DNA from: a virus
IMG/VR virus record: IMGVR_UViG_3300009788_000006
Span: 1-64,000 of that record
Reading direction: 5' to 3' (one strand)
Length of the DNA: 64,000 bases
A program made the position numbers and the translations under genes. Under the pieces are notes generated by a model. It searched no databases and was not told where the DNA came from. It saw only the letters and a list, made by a program, of their open reading frames with translations. Within the stretch, counting starts at the first letter, position 1; each line of letters starts with the position of its first letter. This document shows positions 53,642 through 61,746 of the stretch, in pieces.

Positions 53642-54657
53642 GCGACACGAGTATCCAGTGGGTTCACCTTCCTGGCCACGTCCCCGTCAGCTGGAATCCA
53701 ATCCGCGGATGCTCTCGCGTCAGCCCCGGGTGCGGCGGTGGCACCCCCGGAGGCGGGGGCGGCTGCTACGCCGAGTCCATCGCCGGCCGGTTCTGTGGAC
53801 CTGGCCAGCCCTTCGAGGGGTTCGCCACGCGGACCAAGGCTGGCGCTCGCTGGACGGGCAAGGTCGAGCTCTTGCCAGCCAAACTGGCCGAGCCGCTGTC
53901 CTGGCGCAAGCCCCGCTGCTGTTTCGTCAACTCGATGTCGGACCTGTTCCACGAGTCGCTGAGCTTCGAGGAAATCGCAGCCGTTATCGGGGTGATCGCC
54001 GCTTGCCCAGAGTCGAAGTTCCTTACGCTGACGAAACGCTCGGCGCGGATGCTGGAGTGGTTCGAGTGGATCGGGGAATCGGCATGGCCAGCAGGGCATC
54101 TTGCTGAGCGAGCCAGGTCGCTATCTCAAGAAGTTCGAAACAGGGTTCGCTTCATTGACGAAAGGGTGCCGGGATGCAGAGCTGGTGAAGTTGGATGGCC
54201 GCTCCCGAATCTCTGGCTCGGAGTCTCCACCGAGGATCAGCAGCGGTGGGACGAGCGCGTTCCAGACCTGCTGAGGTGCCCGGCGGCAGTGCGGTTCGTA
54301 AGTGCCGAGCCCCTGATTTCCAGTATCCGGCTATGGGGTTGGTGTGAAGGGTGCGGCGCGGCGGTCGATCCCGGTGATTTCGTTTCCGGGGGTCATGCCA
54401 TCGCCGTTCCGCCAGATGGCGACGCAGAACTATGCGGTCCGGTGAAGTTTCCGGATCAGGTTATTGTCGGCTCTGAATCTGGCCCCGGAGCCCGGCCGAT
54501 GGACATCGAGTGGGTGCGCTCGATCCGCGACCAGTGCAAAGCGGCTGGCGTCGCTTTTTTCATGAAGCAGCTCAGCACGTCCAGCGGGAAGAAGATCACC
54601 GACCCGGAGAAGTGGCCGGAGGATCTGCGGATCAGGGAGTGGCCCGATGGGCATTGA
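53638..54657 (+). CDS. DUF5131 (phage Gp37/Gp68) radical-SAM-like protein
   Basis: WNPIRGCSRVSPGC...CYAE, FVNSMSDLFHE, LTKR, NLWLGVSTEDQ, RFVSAEPL, VGSESGPGARPM, FFMKQ. Confidence 0.9.
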   Translation: MSDTSIQWVHLPGHVPVSWNPIRGCSRVSPGCGGGTPGGGGGCYAESIAGRFCGPGQPFEGFATRTKAGARWTGKVELLPAKLAEPLSWRKPRCCFVNSMSDLFHESLSFEEIAAVIGVIAACPESKFLTLTKRSARMLEWFEWIGESAWPAGHLAERARSLSQEVRNRVRFIDERVPGCRAGEVGWPLPNLWLGVSTEDQQRWDERVPDLLRCPAAVRFVSAEPLISSIRLWGWCEGCGAAVDPGDFVSGGHAIAVPPDGDAELCGPVKFPDQVIVGSESGPGARPMDIEWVRSIRDQCKAAGVAFFMKQLSTSSGKKITDPEKWPEDLRIREWPDGH

Positions 54658-55120
54658 CCCTGCCAGCCTCGGCCCGGCCTACAAAAAGGCTCTGGCGGCA
54701 AAGCGAGATTCTCAGCACCCGAAGCGCGGCAATAGCGGCCTGGAGTGGGAGTTCCTGTGCCACCTTCGCCAGCTCGGGGTGCCGGAAGCGTTGCGGGATC
54801 AGCGACTGCCGGAGCTCGGTAAGCACGAAGCTGACTTTCTGTGGACGGATACCCACTTCTACCCGACCGCGGATTACAAGGGTCCGGACATCCGTTCACT
54901 GGCGGTCTTCATCGACGGCGGAGCGCACGGGATCAAGGGCCGATACGACGCCACCCTGCGCTGTGTCAACCTCTGTCACCTGCTGTTGCCGCCCACCTAT
55001 ACCGTCCTGCGCTTTGGCCACGGGCAGATCGAGATGGGCGCTCGGGTGGTCAAAGCGTGGTGGGACGGCGATGTCGACAAAATGGTCCATCTGATCAGAC
55101 AGCGAAAGGCTAAGCCATGA
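54647..55120 (+). CDS. Vsr/DUF559-like PD-(D/E)XK endonuclease
   Basis: SGLEWEF, HEADF, LAVFIDGGAH, YTVLRF. Confidence 0.6.
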   Translation: MGIDPASLGPAYKKALAAKRDSQHPKRGNSGLEWEFLCHLRQLGVPEALRDQRLPELGKHEADFLWTDTHFYPTADYKGPDIRSLAVFIDGGAHGIKGRYDATLRCVNLCHLLLPPTYTVLRFGHGQIEMGARVVKAWWDGDVDKMVHLIRQRKAKP

Positions 55121-55283
55121 AACGGGGCCGGGCCGCAGCAAGCCACCAGGGACCGCTGTACGCCCTCAGAGGGGCGACCTACCCTACCGACTGGACTGGG
55201 AAGAAAGATCACCACAAGGCTGCCCTGGCGGCCGTCTGCTATGCGGCGGCGGTTTGGCGCGGCGAAACCGGCGGAGGTACGCC

Positions 55284-55610
55284 ATGATCAAGCTCAACCT
55301 GAATTCGGAATACGCTTCGGCCCGTCTTGCCCTGATGGCCTTGCGCGTCGAACTCGAACGCGTTGCCCTGCTGGAGTTCGACCCCGGCGCCGTTCCCGGG
55401 TCAGTGCTGGTCGACTTCAACCGCCACTGGCCGGATGGTTGGTATTGGGACACAGAGGGGCTCTGGGATGAAGATGACAAGGGGAACACCAGCCTTGAGC
55501 GCGGCCGTCTCTACGACACCCAGGATTGGTTTCTCGTGGACGATGACGGGGCCGAGGAGGAGCTAAGCAGTTTTATTCAGCGGTTCATTGAAGGGCAGGG
55601 GACCGACTGA
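55284..55610 (+). CDS. hypothetical protein
   Basis: GGAGG RBS. Confidence 0.6.
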   Translation: MIKLNLNSEYASARLALMALRVELERVALLEFDPGAVPGSVLVDFNRHWPDGWYWDTEGLWDEDDKGNTSLERGRLYDTQDWFLVDDDGAEEELSSFIQRFIEGQGTD

Positions 55611-55621
55611 TCGATAGGTGC

Positions 55622-55849
55622 TCACAACCCGATGCCGAGGGGCGCGTCCTCGTCGCAGTCCTCGCAGACCTCTTCCAAGGTGACGAGGCCGCGGAACAGG
55701 CCGCCGCGGTCGGTCGTCTTGTAGCACTGCGGGCACCATCGGGCGGGGCGCCGCATCGACTGGGACAGCGGCACGAGGGCTGCGCGGTACAGCCAGATGA
55801 AGCCGAGTGCCATCATCAGGGTGCCGATCCAGATTCCGGCGGTGGTCAT
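55622..55849 (-). CDS. TM protein with zinc ribbon
   Basis: N-terminal TM; CPQC...CEDC. Confidence 0.6.
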   Translation of the reverse strand: MTTAGIWIGTLMMALGFIWLYRAALVPLSQSMRRPARWCPQCYKTTDRGGLFRGLVTLEEVCEDCDEDAPLGIGL

Positions 55850-56529
55850 GATTCACCGCCGCGCAGAACCTTAGCGGCGCCAGGCCCGCCAGCGGCCAGC
55901 GTGCGAAGCTTGCCGCGCGCGGGCACGGAGTACACCCGCCAGCCATCAGGCCAGCGGTGCTTGCGCGCCTCGCCCCATTCCCTGGCCTCGTCTTGAGACA
56001 GAAAGACGCGGTGCGTGTCCCACCATTCGACGATGCTCTCGGAATCGGTCTCGACGAGCTCGTGGTATCCCAGTGGGGTAGGATCGTCATTGGGCTCGTC
56101 CTCCCACACGTAATACTCTCCGTCGTAAACAACGCCAGGGGGGATGTATGCCAGAAACCACCGCCGGGTCTGCAACAACGCCAGCGGCTCATCGGTGGCG
56201 GTCCTTGCTCGCTCGTGATCGCGCTGGGATTCGTAGATCGCCGGGTGGTATTCGATCATCTTTTCCGGTCCGCAGTGGCTGGTGCGGCTCCAGGCGTCCT
56301 TGAGCGTGTAGATGCCGGCCGTGTCGAATCCAACATAGCCGCCACCGTTTGGGCCCCAGTACCATCCGTGTTCACTGCTCCAGATCCGCACCAGCTTCTC
56401 GCCGTGCTCGGCGAGGATCGACGGGCGGGCTCTTCCCTCGTCGTCCTGGCAGGTGTCGCCCTTGATCGTCTGATGAAGGATTCTGGTGTCGTCAGGCCAG
56501 GCGAGAGAGGTGGCGGGGTCGGCGCTCAT
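55846..56529 (-). CDS. hypothetical two-domain phage protein
   Basis: VRIWSSEHGWYW..NGGGY...AGIYTL; VFLSQDEA...WRVYSVPA.GKL. Confidence 0.7.
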   Translation of the reverse strand: MSADPATSLAWPDDTRILHQTIKGDTCQDDEGRARPSILAEHGEKLVRIWSSEHGWYWGPNGGGYVGFDTAGIYTLKDAWSRTSHCGPEKMIEYHPAIYESQRDHERARTATDEPLALLQTRRWFLAYIPPGVVYDGEYYVWEDEPNDDPTPLGYHELVETDSESIVEWWDTHRVFLSQDEAREWGEARKHRWPDGWRVYSVPARGKLRTLAAGGPGAAKVLRGGES

Positions 56530-57008
56530 GGCTTGGCCCCCGGCAGGTCGTCAACCGACAGCACCAACGCGCGACAGAATACCTGGACGCCCGCCATCAA
56601 ATCGAAGTGGTGGCCGATGTCTCCGGGCGCGGTGATGAGCCAGGATTCCCGGGTCGGCTTCGCCCACCACCGGGCGGTGATCTTGACCGACCCGCCGAAG
56701 CGCGTTCGGACCCAATCTCTCACAGCGAGCTTGGTCGTTTCATCGTTCTCACCCGCGAGGCGGCCGGCCAATTCGGAGATCTCCGGGACCACACCGCCTC
56801 TGCCGATCATGAATACGGGGCGGGCGCCGCTACCGATGTCGTGACTGTCGACTCCGTAGACTCTGACGCTGTCATCCGAGACGATGACGAACAAGCCGGC
56901 ATCTTTCCACCTCTGCTGTTCTTCGGCCGATGGGCGGAGCGGGTACTGACGGCCGTCGAGCTCGGCGGCGGTGATGGCTGCGGTGTCGAGGGGTTCGGTG
57001 TCGCTCAT
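56526..57008 (-). CDS. phage protein, paralog of 62219-62695
   Basis: AAELDGRQYP...GLFVI.SDD...ESWLITA...FDLM..FCRALVL. Confidence 0.75.
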   Translation of the reverse strand: MSDTEPLDTAAITAAELDGRQYPLRPSAEEQQRWKDAGLFVIVSDDSVRVYGVDSHDIGSGARPVFMIGRGGVVPEISELAGRLAGENDETTKLAVRDWVRTRFGGSVKITARWWAKPTRESWLITAPGDIGHHFDLMAGVQVFCRALVLSVDDLPGAKP

Positions 57009-57316
57009 GACGCCACCATAAACTGCTGGACGCACCACCCCATGGCGAGGATAAGAAGCGGATACCATATCGAGTGTAGCGTCGCCTTGATGATTGATTC
57101 CCACAGGTCGCTGCCCTCCGGCGTGTCGATGTATTGGTGAGTGAGATACGCGATCACGATGGCCACGCCGATAGCTGCTGGCAGAGCGAGCGCGGGCAGA
57201 CCAAAGGTCGGGACCATGAACCAGCCCCACAGCTTCGACAGAACCCAACCGTTGAAGATGGCCTGAAACGGCGTGATCAGGATAGCAAAAAGGCACCCGG
57301 ATGCCGTCTTATTCAT
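57005..57316 (-). CDS. membrane protein
   Basis: GWVLSKLWGWFMVPTFGLP motif; three TM. Confidence 0.75.
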   Translation of the reverse strand: MNKTASGCLFAILITPFQAIFNGWVLSKLWGWFMVPTFGLPALALPAAIGVAIVIAYLTHQYIDTPEGSDLWESIIKATLHSIWYPLLILAMGWCVQQFMVAS

Positions 57317-57612
57317 GTCGCCCTCCGGAGTATCTCTTCGAGAGTCGCAATCAGCTCCGCGCTGTCGTCCGCGCGCATATTGCCGGCGGTCTCAGGGTCA
57401 ACGAGCGCGGCCAGCCACAAAGGGCTGTCGCCGAGGTTGATTGCGGCCACCAAGGAAATGCCGAGTGCCTGAAGCTCTCCCTCTTCGTAGTTGTCAAAGC
57501 GGTTTTGGCGGAACCCTCGCCGCCCTTGGAGCTCTTCAGCCACCGCAACCGCTGCGCGCTCCGAGGCAGACTTGGCCCCGGCCGGGAACATCTCGTCGTG
57601 AATCCAACTCAT
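57313..57612 (-). CDS. hypothetical protein
   Basis: GGAGG RBS. Confidence 0.6.
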   Translation of the reverse strand: MSWIHDEMFPAGAKSASERAAVAVAEELQGRRGFRQNRFDNYEEGELQALGISLVAAINLGDSPLWLAALVDPETAGNMRADDSAELIATLEEILRRAT

Positions 57613-57643
57613 GTCGTCCTCCGTTTTTGTCGTTCCGTTCTGT

Positions 57644-57752
57644 CGCTCACCACTACCAGAGGCCCCGGCTCGGTGACTCGGCGTGGGTCCTGGCGGGATT
57701 CTGGGGTCTGCGGGGGTCTTGGCAAGGCCGAGGCCCCTGATGGTGGTGAGCG
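57644..57752 (-). repeat. intergenic 26-bp inverted repeat / long RNA stem
   Basis: 57644-57669 vs 57727-57752, 22/26; three of the four differences are G-U pairs on the minus strand. Confidence 0.8.
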
Positions 57753-57762
57753 GGTTGGTGAT

Positions 57763-58047
57763 TTACGCGCCGGCGAAGAATTCCTCGCGGGCCTTCTCCG
57801 TCATGAACTCTGGCCGAGCGAAGTGCTTTGGCTCGTTCTCATCAAGCCACGCCAGCGTCTCCGCTTTGGCGGTGAGCATCGCGCCCACCTTGAACTTTTC
57901 GTCATAGTCGCCGATGTCTTTGCCGAAGATCGCGACGAGCTCGGGGCAATTGCCGCCATTGATCATCGTTTCAATTACCTTCTCGGCCTCTTTGGGCCAG
58001 AGCCCCTTACTGGCCAGTTGCTCGGCAATCCAATCCCTGGTCTTCAT
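57763..58047 (-). CDS. hypothetical protein
   Basis: AAGGA RBS; L...GLW..EA, WLDENEPKHFARPEF motif. Confidence 0.7.
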   Translation of the reverse strand: MKTRDWIAEQLASKGLWPKEAEKVIETMINGGNCPELVAIFGKDIGDYDEKFKVGAMLTAKAETLAWLDENEPKHFARPEFMTEKAREEFFAGA

Positions 58048-58253
58048 TTTGAATTTCCTTTCCCGGTTGAATTGTCGACCACCACCGCCCTCAGCCCTTC
58101 GAGACGCTGGCGGATGTCTATGATCAGCCCCGTGTCGCCGGCCTCGATCGCGGCATCCAACACCGCGAATATCGGGGCGGCGGTTCTTCGGGCGGCGGCT
58201 TGGGCCTGGAGCAGCAGCCACGCAGCGTCGGATTCGGTCTGTCGGTCTTTCAT
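58044..58253 (-). CDS. hypothetical protein
   Basis: GAGG RBS, ATGA coupling. Confidence 0.55.
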   Translation of the reverse strand: MKDRQTESDAAWLLLQAQAAARRTAAPIFAVLDAAIEAGDTGLIIDIRQRLEGLRAVVVDNSTGKGNSK

Positions 58254-58405
58254 AACTGCGCCTCGTCTTCGTCGTCGAGATCGGTCAGGAGGTCCCACGG
58301 CTCTAAATGGTACCCGCACTCTGGCGGGGGATCGGTGTCGAGGATTTTGTCCGCGAGCATCGCGGCGTAGTCGAGGGCGTCTTGTTCTGTGGCGGTGAGG
58401 ATCAT
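58250..58405 (-). CDS. small acidic protein
   Basis: AAGGGAG RBS; first gene after TTGACA/TATACT promoter. Confidence 0.6.
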   Translation of the reverse strand: MILTATEQDALDYAAMLADKILDTDPPPECGYHLEPWDLLTDLDDEDEAQL

Positions 58406-58442
58406 GGCTTGTCTCCCTTGGTCGTTCACTTGATCTGAAGAC

Positions 58443-58543
58443 AGTATAGGCAACGGCTTGCCGCATGTCAAGGCAATTCCTTGCCCTATGTCGTTGGTCT
58501 TTTCGGGCAACGGGTTGCCTTATGGGGCGAGGTGCGGTATTGT
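58443..58543. promoter_or_regulatory. divergent sigma70-type promoters
   Basis: minus TTGACA-17-TATACT (58471-58443); plus TTGCCT-17-TATTGT (58515-58543). Confidence 0.8.
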
Positions 58544-58549
58544 CGACGG

Positions 58550-58882
58550 ATGAAGAACGCACGCAGCACGCTTACCGCCCCGATCTCCTTTCGAGCTCTC
58601 CCGGTAGAGGATCGCGATTACGATTACGCCCGTCGAGCGCTTGACGCAGCTCTCCCGGTTCGGCAGTGGGTCGTATCCTTGGCCTGGTGGCCCATCGGCA
58701 AAGTCCTGTCGTTCACAGATCCCTGGGTCGGCAGGATCTACAGGGTCAAGCGGGTCAACTCAGCGCGGTACGAGATAGTGCCGTGGTCTGAGCGCCTTGG
58801 CCGCCAACGCAAGAACGAAAACCCGCGCGCGGTGAACTCCATCCCGGGTTACTGGGAAACCGAATCCGGATACGACGGATGA
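58550..58882 (+). CDS. hypothetical protein, leaderless
   Basis: ATG 6 nt after -10. Confidence 0.55.
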   Translation: MKNARSTLTAPISFRALPVEDRDYDYARRALDAALPVRQWVVSLAWWPIGKVLSFTDPWVGRIYRVKRVNSARYEIVPWSERLGRQRKNENPRAVNSIPGYWETESGYDG

Positions 58883-59151
58883 AGAGCATCCGAGACATCC
58901 TCCGGCCGGCCGCCTTGGCCGAACTCAACCGCGACGGTCGCCGGCATCGTCTCGCCCGCATCTGGCGCGAGTACCACGGCCTCACCAACGAGGAGGCCGC
59001 AGCGATCTGCGGCGTGGAGCCCTACAGCTTCAGCCGCTTTGGGACCCACCGACAGCGACCGGAAGCGGGGCGGCTGGTGGCCAAGGGGATCGGGCTCGAC
59101 AGCAGCACCCGGCCGTGGAAGGCGGCGGTCGCTGGCACCATCCTAGCGTAG
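58879..59151 (+). CDS. XRE-like HTH protein
   Basis: WREYHGLTNEEAAAICGVEPYSFSRF...RP. Confidence 0.7.
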   Translation: MKSIRDILRPAALAELNRDGRRHRLARIWREYHGLTNEEAAAICGVEPYSFSRFGTHRQRPEAGRLVAKGIGLDSSTRPWKAAVAGTILA

Positions 59152-59207
59152 CTCAGACGGCAGAGCGCTCGGAGAGGTCGCGGGTTCGAGCCCCGCCGGA
59201 CCTACCA
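59142..59207 (+). other. tRNA-like element lacking anticodon loop and 5' acceptor strand
   Basis: TAGCTCAGACGGCAGAGC D-arm, GCGGG-TTCGAGC-CCCGC T-arm, ACCA end. Confidence 0.65.
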
Positions 59208-59634
59208 GCAAGCGGGAGGGGCGCACCTCGGGCTCTTCCCCCGGTTAGGGGTTGCCTGAGACCACGCAGAGGGTGAGAGCCTTCGACTATTCCCGTTGAC
59301 CAGGGTGCGGGCCGTGTCGCTCGCTAACTGAGCACAGAGCCTGGATTTCCGCCGAACCTCTCGGCCGGTCAGGTGAAACCGGCATCCCCGCGACGCAAGA
59401 CGCAAGCGCGTCCCCGTCTCCTCTGCGTGACTTTGTCCGGCCACCGCGCGCCGACATCTTTGGGAGTATCTTTTCCCCGCCTGCCCAGTTGGTGACCCGG
59501 TGGGCTGGTTTCGCGTAACCCGGGATACCGGCTGTCCGGTGCGGCTGCACCCCTGCTCGGCCACCGAAGAGGCGGAGCGCTTGTGAGAAGCTCGAGGGGT
59601 GGGCGGCTGGATCTTCGCCGCCTGCTGTAATCAT
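59208..59634. ncRNA. candidate structured ncRNA C (~430 nt), strand uncertain
   Basis: no convincing ORF; 10-bp long-range pair 59263-59272/59420-59429 and many local hairpins; minus-strand promoter just upstream. Confidence 0.5.
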
Positions 59635-59640
59635 GGGATC

Positions 59641-59670
59641 AGTCTATACGACTCCGCCCCGGCTTTGCAA
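59641..59670 (-). promoter_or_regulatory. promoter TTGCAA-18-TAGACT (sister copy at 60470-60499)
   Basis: shared CCGGTTGCAA..CCGG.....AGTCGTATAGA context in both copies. Confidence 0.6.
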
Positions 59671-59751
59671 CCGGAGCGGCGACGATGATTACAGAGGCAG
59701 CCCGGAATCCAAGCGGGCGGATTTCATCCTACCGCGCCGAGGTAGTGCGGG

Positions 59752-60417
59752 TCAAGCGTGACCGGCGAAGCTAAGAATCTTCCGCATCTCCGCCGCCGAT
59801 TCCGGCCGGTTGCCCTGCTGACAGGAGACAGAATAAGCGTCGAGAACCCGCTTCTTCCCGTAGTCTATGTAGAGCGTTTCTGGATCGAACGCCATCGGCT
59901 GACTTTCTGGGGTCGCATCGCGGAATCCCAGGACGCGGCGCTCCTCTCTCTGGGCCGTGAGTTGAATCTCGTCGAAAGTCTCACGCGGCAACATTTCCCG
60001 AGCCTTCTCACAAAAACACCGAAAATACAAAGACCTCCGCTCACTTCGCTTCTTTTGGATCGCCTCATTCACCAGGGCGATAGAGGCTCCGATCTCTAAG
60101 GCTTTCTCGGGGTAGTCGACTTGCAGGCCGATCAACTTCCGGCGGATTGTCGTCAGCTTTCCAAGGTCGGCGCCGGTCATTTCTTCCTTGACGGACGGAA
60201 GCCACGTCGGGGCCTTTTTCGCCGCCATGAGCCGCCGGAGCTCCTTAGTTTGGTGGGCAGTCACCATCGCGGCGTGCTTCACTCTCGACCAGTGCGGGAA
60301 ATCAGCCGTGCCCTCGCCGTCATTCCCGGCACACCGCTCCTTCTTTCTAGCCTTGCAGGATGGACACTCGAAGCCAAGAGTTTGAATCTTGACGGCATAA
60401 CGACTATGTTCGGCCAC
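59752..60417 (-). CDS. hypothetical protein with N-terminal zinc finger
   Basis: AAGGAG RBS plus GTG; CPSC.A...RC...PHWSR. Confidence 0.7.
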   Translation of the reverse strand: MAEHSRYAVKIQTLGFECPSCKARKKERCAGNDGEGTADFPHWSRVKHAAMVTAHQTKELRRLMAAKKAPTWLPSVKEEMTGADLGKLTTIRRKLIGLQVDYPEKALEIGASIALVNEAIQKKRSERRSLYFRCFCEKAREMLPRETFDEIQLTAQREERRVLGFRDATPESQPMAFDPETLYIDYGKKRVLDAYSVSCQQGNRPESAAEMRKILSFAGHA

Positions 60418-60515
60418 GTTTTCTCCTTACGGGCGCCGGCGAAGTTCTTTCCTCGACGGCGTCAGCGTAATTCTATACGACTTGCGGCCGGTCTTGCAAC
60501 CGGCCGCGAGTCAAG

Positions 60516-60592
60516 TGGTGGCCCCGGCGGGATTCGAACCCGCAATAACCGGATTTTGAGGCCGGCGCCTTTTCCGTTTAGACCACGGAGCC
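60516..60592 (-). tRNA. trnL: tRNA-Leu(CAA), short variable arm
   Basis: GGCTCCG/CGGGGCC acceptor, loop CTCAAAA (31-39 C/T mismatch), TTCGAAT, ACCA. Confidence 0.85.
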
Positions 60593-60594
60593 AT

Positions 60595-60682
60595 TGGTGC
60601 CAGGGGTAGGATTCGAACCTACGATGGGATCTTTCGAGACCGGATTTACAGTCCGGCGCTTTCACCGCTCGGCCACCCTGGC
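60595..60682 (-). tRNA. trnY: tRNA-Tyr(GTA)
   Basis: GCCAGGG/CCCTGGC, CCGGA-CTGTAAA-TCCGG, long variable arm, ACCA. Confidence 0.9.
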
Positions 60683-60688
60683 TGAAGT

Positions 60689-60763
60689 TGGTAGACCCCT
60701 TCGGATTCGAACCGAAAATCTTCAGATCCTAAATCTGACCGTTGCCATTTAGCCTAGAGGTCC
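60689..60763 (-). tRNA. trnL: tRNA-Leu(TAG), short variable arm
   Basis: GGACCTC/GGGGTCT, TCAGA-TTTAGGA-TCTGA, TTCGAAT, ACCA. Confidence 0.85.
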
Positions 60764-60900
60764 TGAAACGCGAAACGGCCCCCGGAGTCATCCAGGGGCC
60801 GCAAGCTCTCTCGCTGATCTGCCGCGCTTACACGGCGACGCCCCTGGCGAATGCCAGCGGATACAAGCCGGTGAGGAGTAAGCGTTGCATGCCCGAGACC

Positions 60901-61353
60901 CTATCTGAGGTTGCTGGCGGTGTCAAACACGGCCCCGCCGGTGTCACCCTTGTCTTCCCAGGTGGTAGGCTGATCTGGCGCGGTTGCGCCGGCTCTCTCC
61001 TTGCGCGCCTTCTCGGCCCGGTAGAGGAAGATCCCGGCGTCCACCCGCTTCTCGAGGGAACGGGGAAGGTCCTCGCCTGTCTCAGAGTCCCTGTAGAGCA
61101 TCGGGGTTGTAAAGCCGGGGTCGTTGCCAATTTCTTTGCTTCTGCTGTACAGGTAGATCCTGCCGTCGATGTTCGCCCGAGGGAACCCGGTCTGGGAATC
61201 GATAGAGATGGTAGCGGGGTCCGCGGTCTTGGCCAGCTTTTCGTCGAGGCGGTTGCCTAGCCATCGGTTCACAAGCTCGGTTACGCTGCAATCCTCGGCA
61301 GCAGCCTCCGTCTTCAGCCGGGCGTGTAGGTCGTCGTCAATCCGTGGCCGCAT
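60901..61353 (-). CDS. ribbon-helix-helix domain protein
   Basis: AAGGAG RBS; RIDDDLHARLKTEAAAEDCSVTELVNRWL. Confidence 0.75.
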   Translation of the reverse strand: MRPRIDDDLHARLKTEAAAEDCSVTELVNRWLGNRLDEKLAKTADPATISIDSQTGFPRANIDGRIYLYSRSKEIGNDPGFTTPMLYRDSETGEDLPRSLEKRVDAGIFLYRAEKARKERAGATAPDQPTTWEDKGDTGGAVFDTASNLR

Positions 61354-61379
61354 GGTGTCTCCTTGGTTATTATGGACCA

Positions 61380-61408
61380 ATGGTACACCGGAACCACGGC
61401 AATGTCAA
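61380..61408 (-). promoter_or_regulatory. sigma70-type promoter
   Basis: TTGACA-17-TACCAT. Confidence 0.75.
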
Positions 61409-61746
61409 GCCCTCGCCGCGACCTCTCCCGCCGCCGGCAGCCACACGGACAGCGACCGGCCGCAAAAGCACCGCGCGCTGTAGACCCGGCGTCCGTCATC
61501 GACCCGGAACATGGGGACCCCGTTCAGGCACTCGACCTCGATTGCGGCGCCGCAGCACTCCGACTTGCCGAAAAGATCCGTCTCGAGATAGGCCACGGGA
61601 GCGTGACGCGCGATGGCAGCCCATGTCGTCTCCCTGTCCGGGATCGGTATCCGCGCGGGTGCTCCCCGTCGCTTGCGGCTGGCCTTCTTCATTTTGGAGC
61701 TGCTCCCCTCTATCGCCGCTGCTTCACTGTTCGATCCTATAGCCAT
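61405..61746 (-). CDS. zinc-ribbon protein (start uncertain)
   Basis: SECCG...RCFCG. Confidence 0.5.
   Translation of the reverse strand: MAIGSNSEAAAIEGSSSKMKKASRKRRGAPARIPIPDRETTWAAIARHAPVAYLETDLFGKSECCGAAIEVECLNGVPMFRVDDGRRVYSARCFCGRSLSVWLPAAGEVAARA

Noticed and set aside
57301-58398. 365-aa plus-strand ORF
   Set aside because: Antisense to four RBS-bearing genes; non-protein-like
59142-59700. Permuted two-piece tmRNA
   Set aside because: 3' acceptor strand lacks U70 for a G3-U70 pair, and no matching 5' strand was found downstream
60516-60592. Opal suppressor (TCA) reading of the anticodon loop
   Set aside because: Would need C33 and an asymmetric stem; the standard register gives U33 followed by CAA
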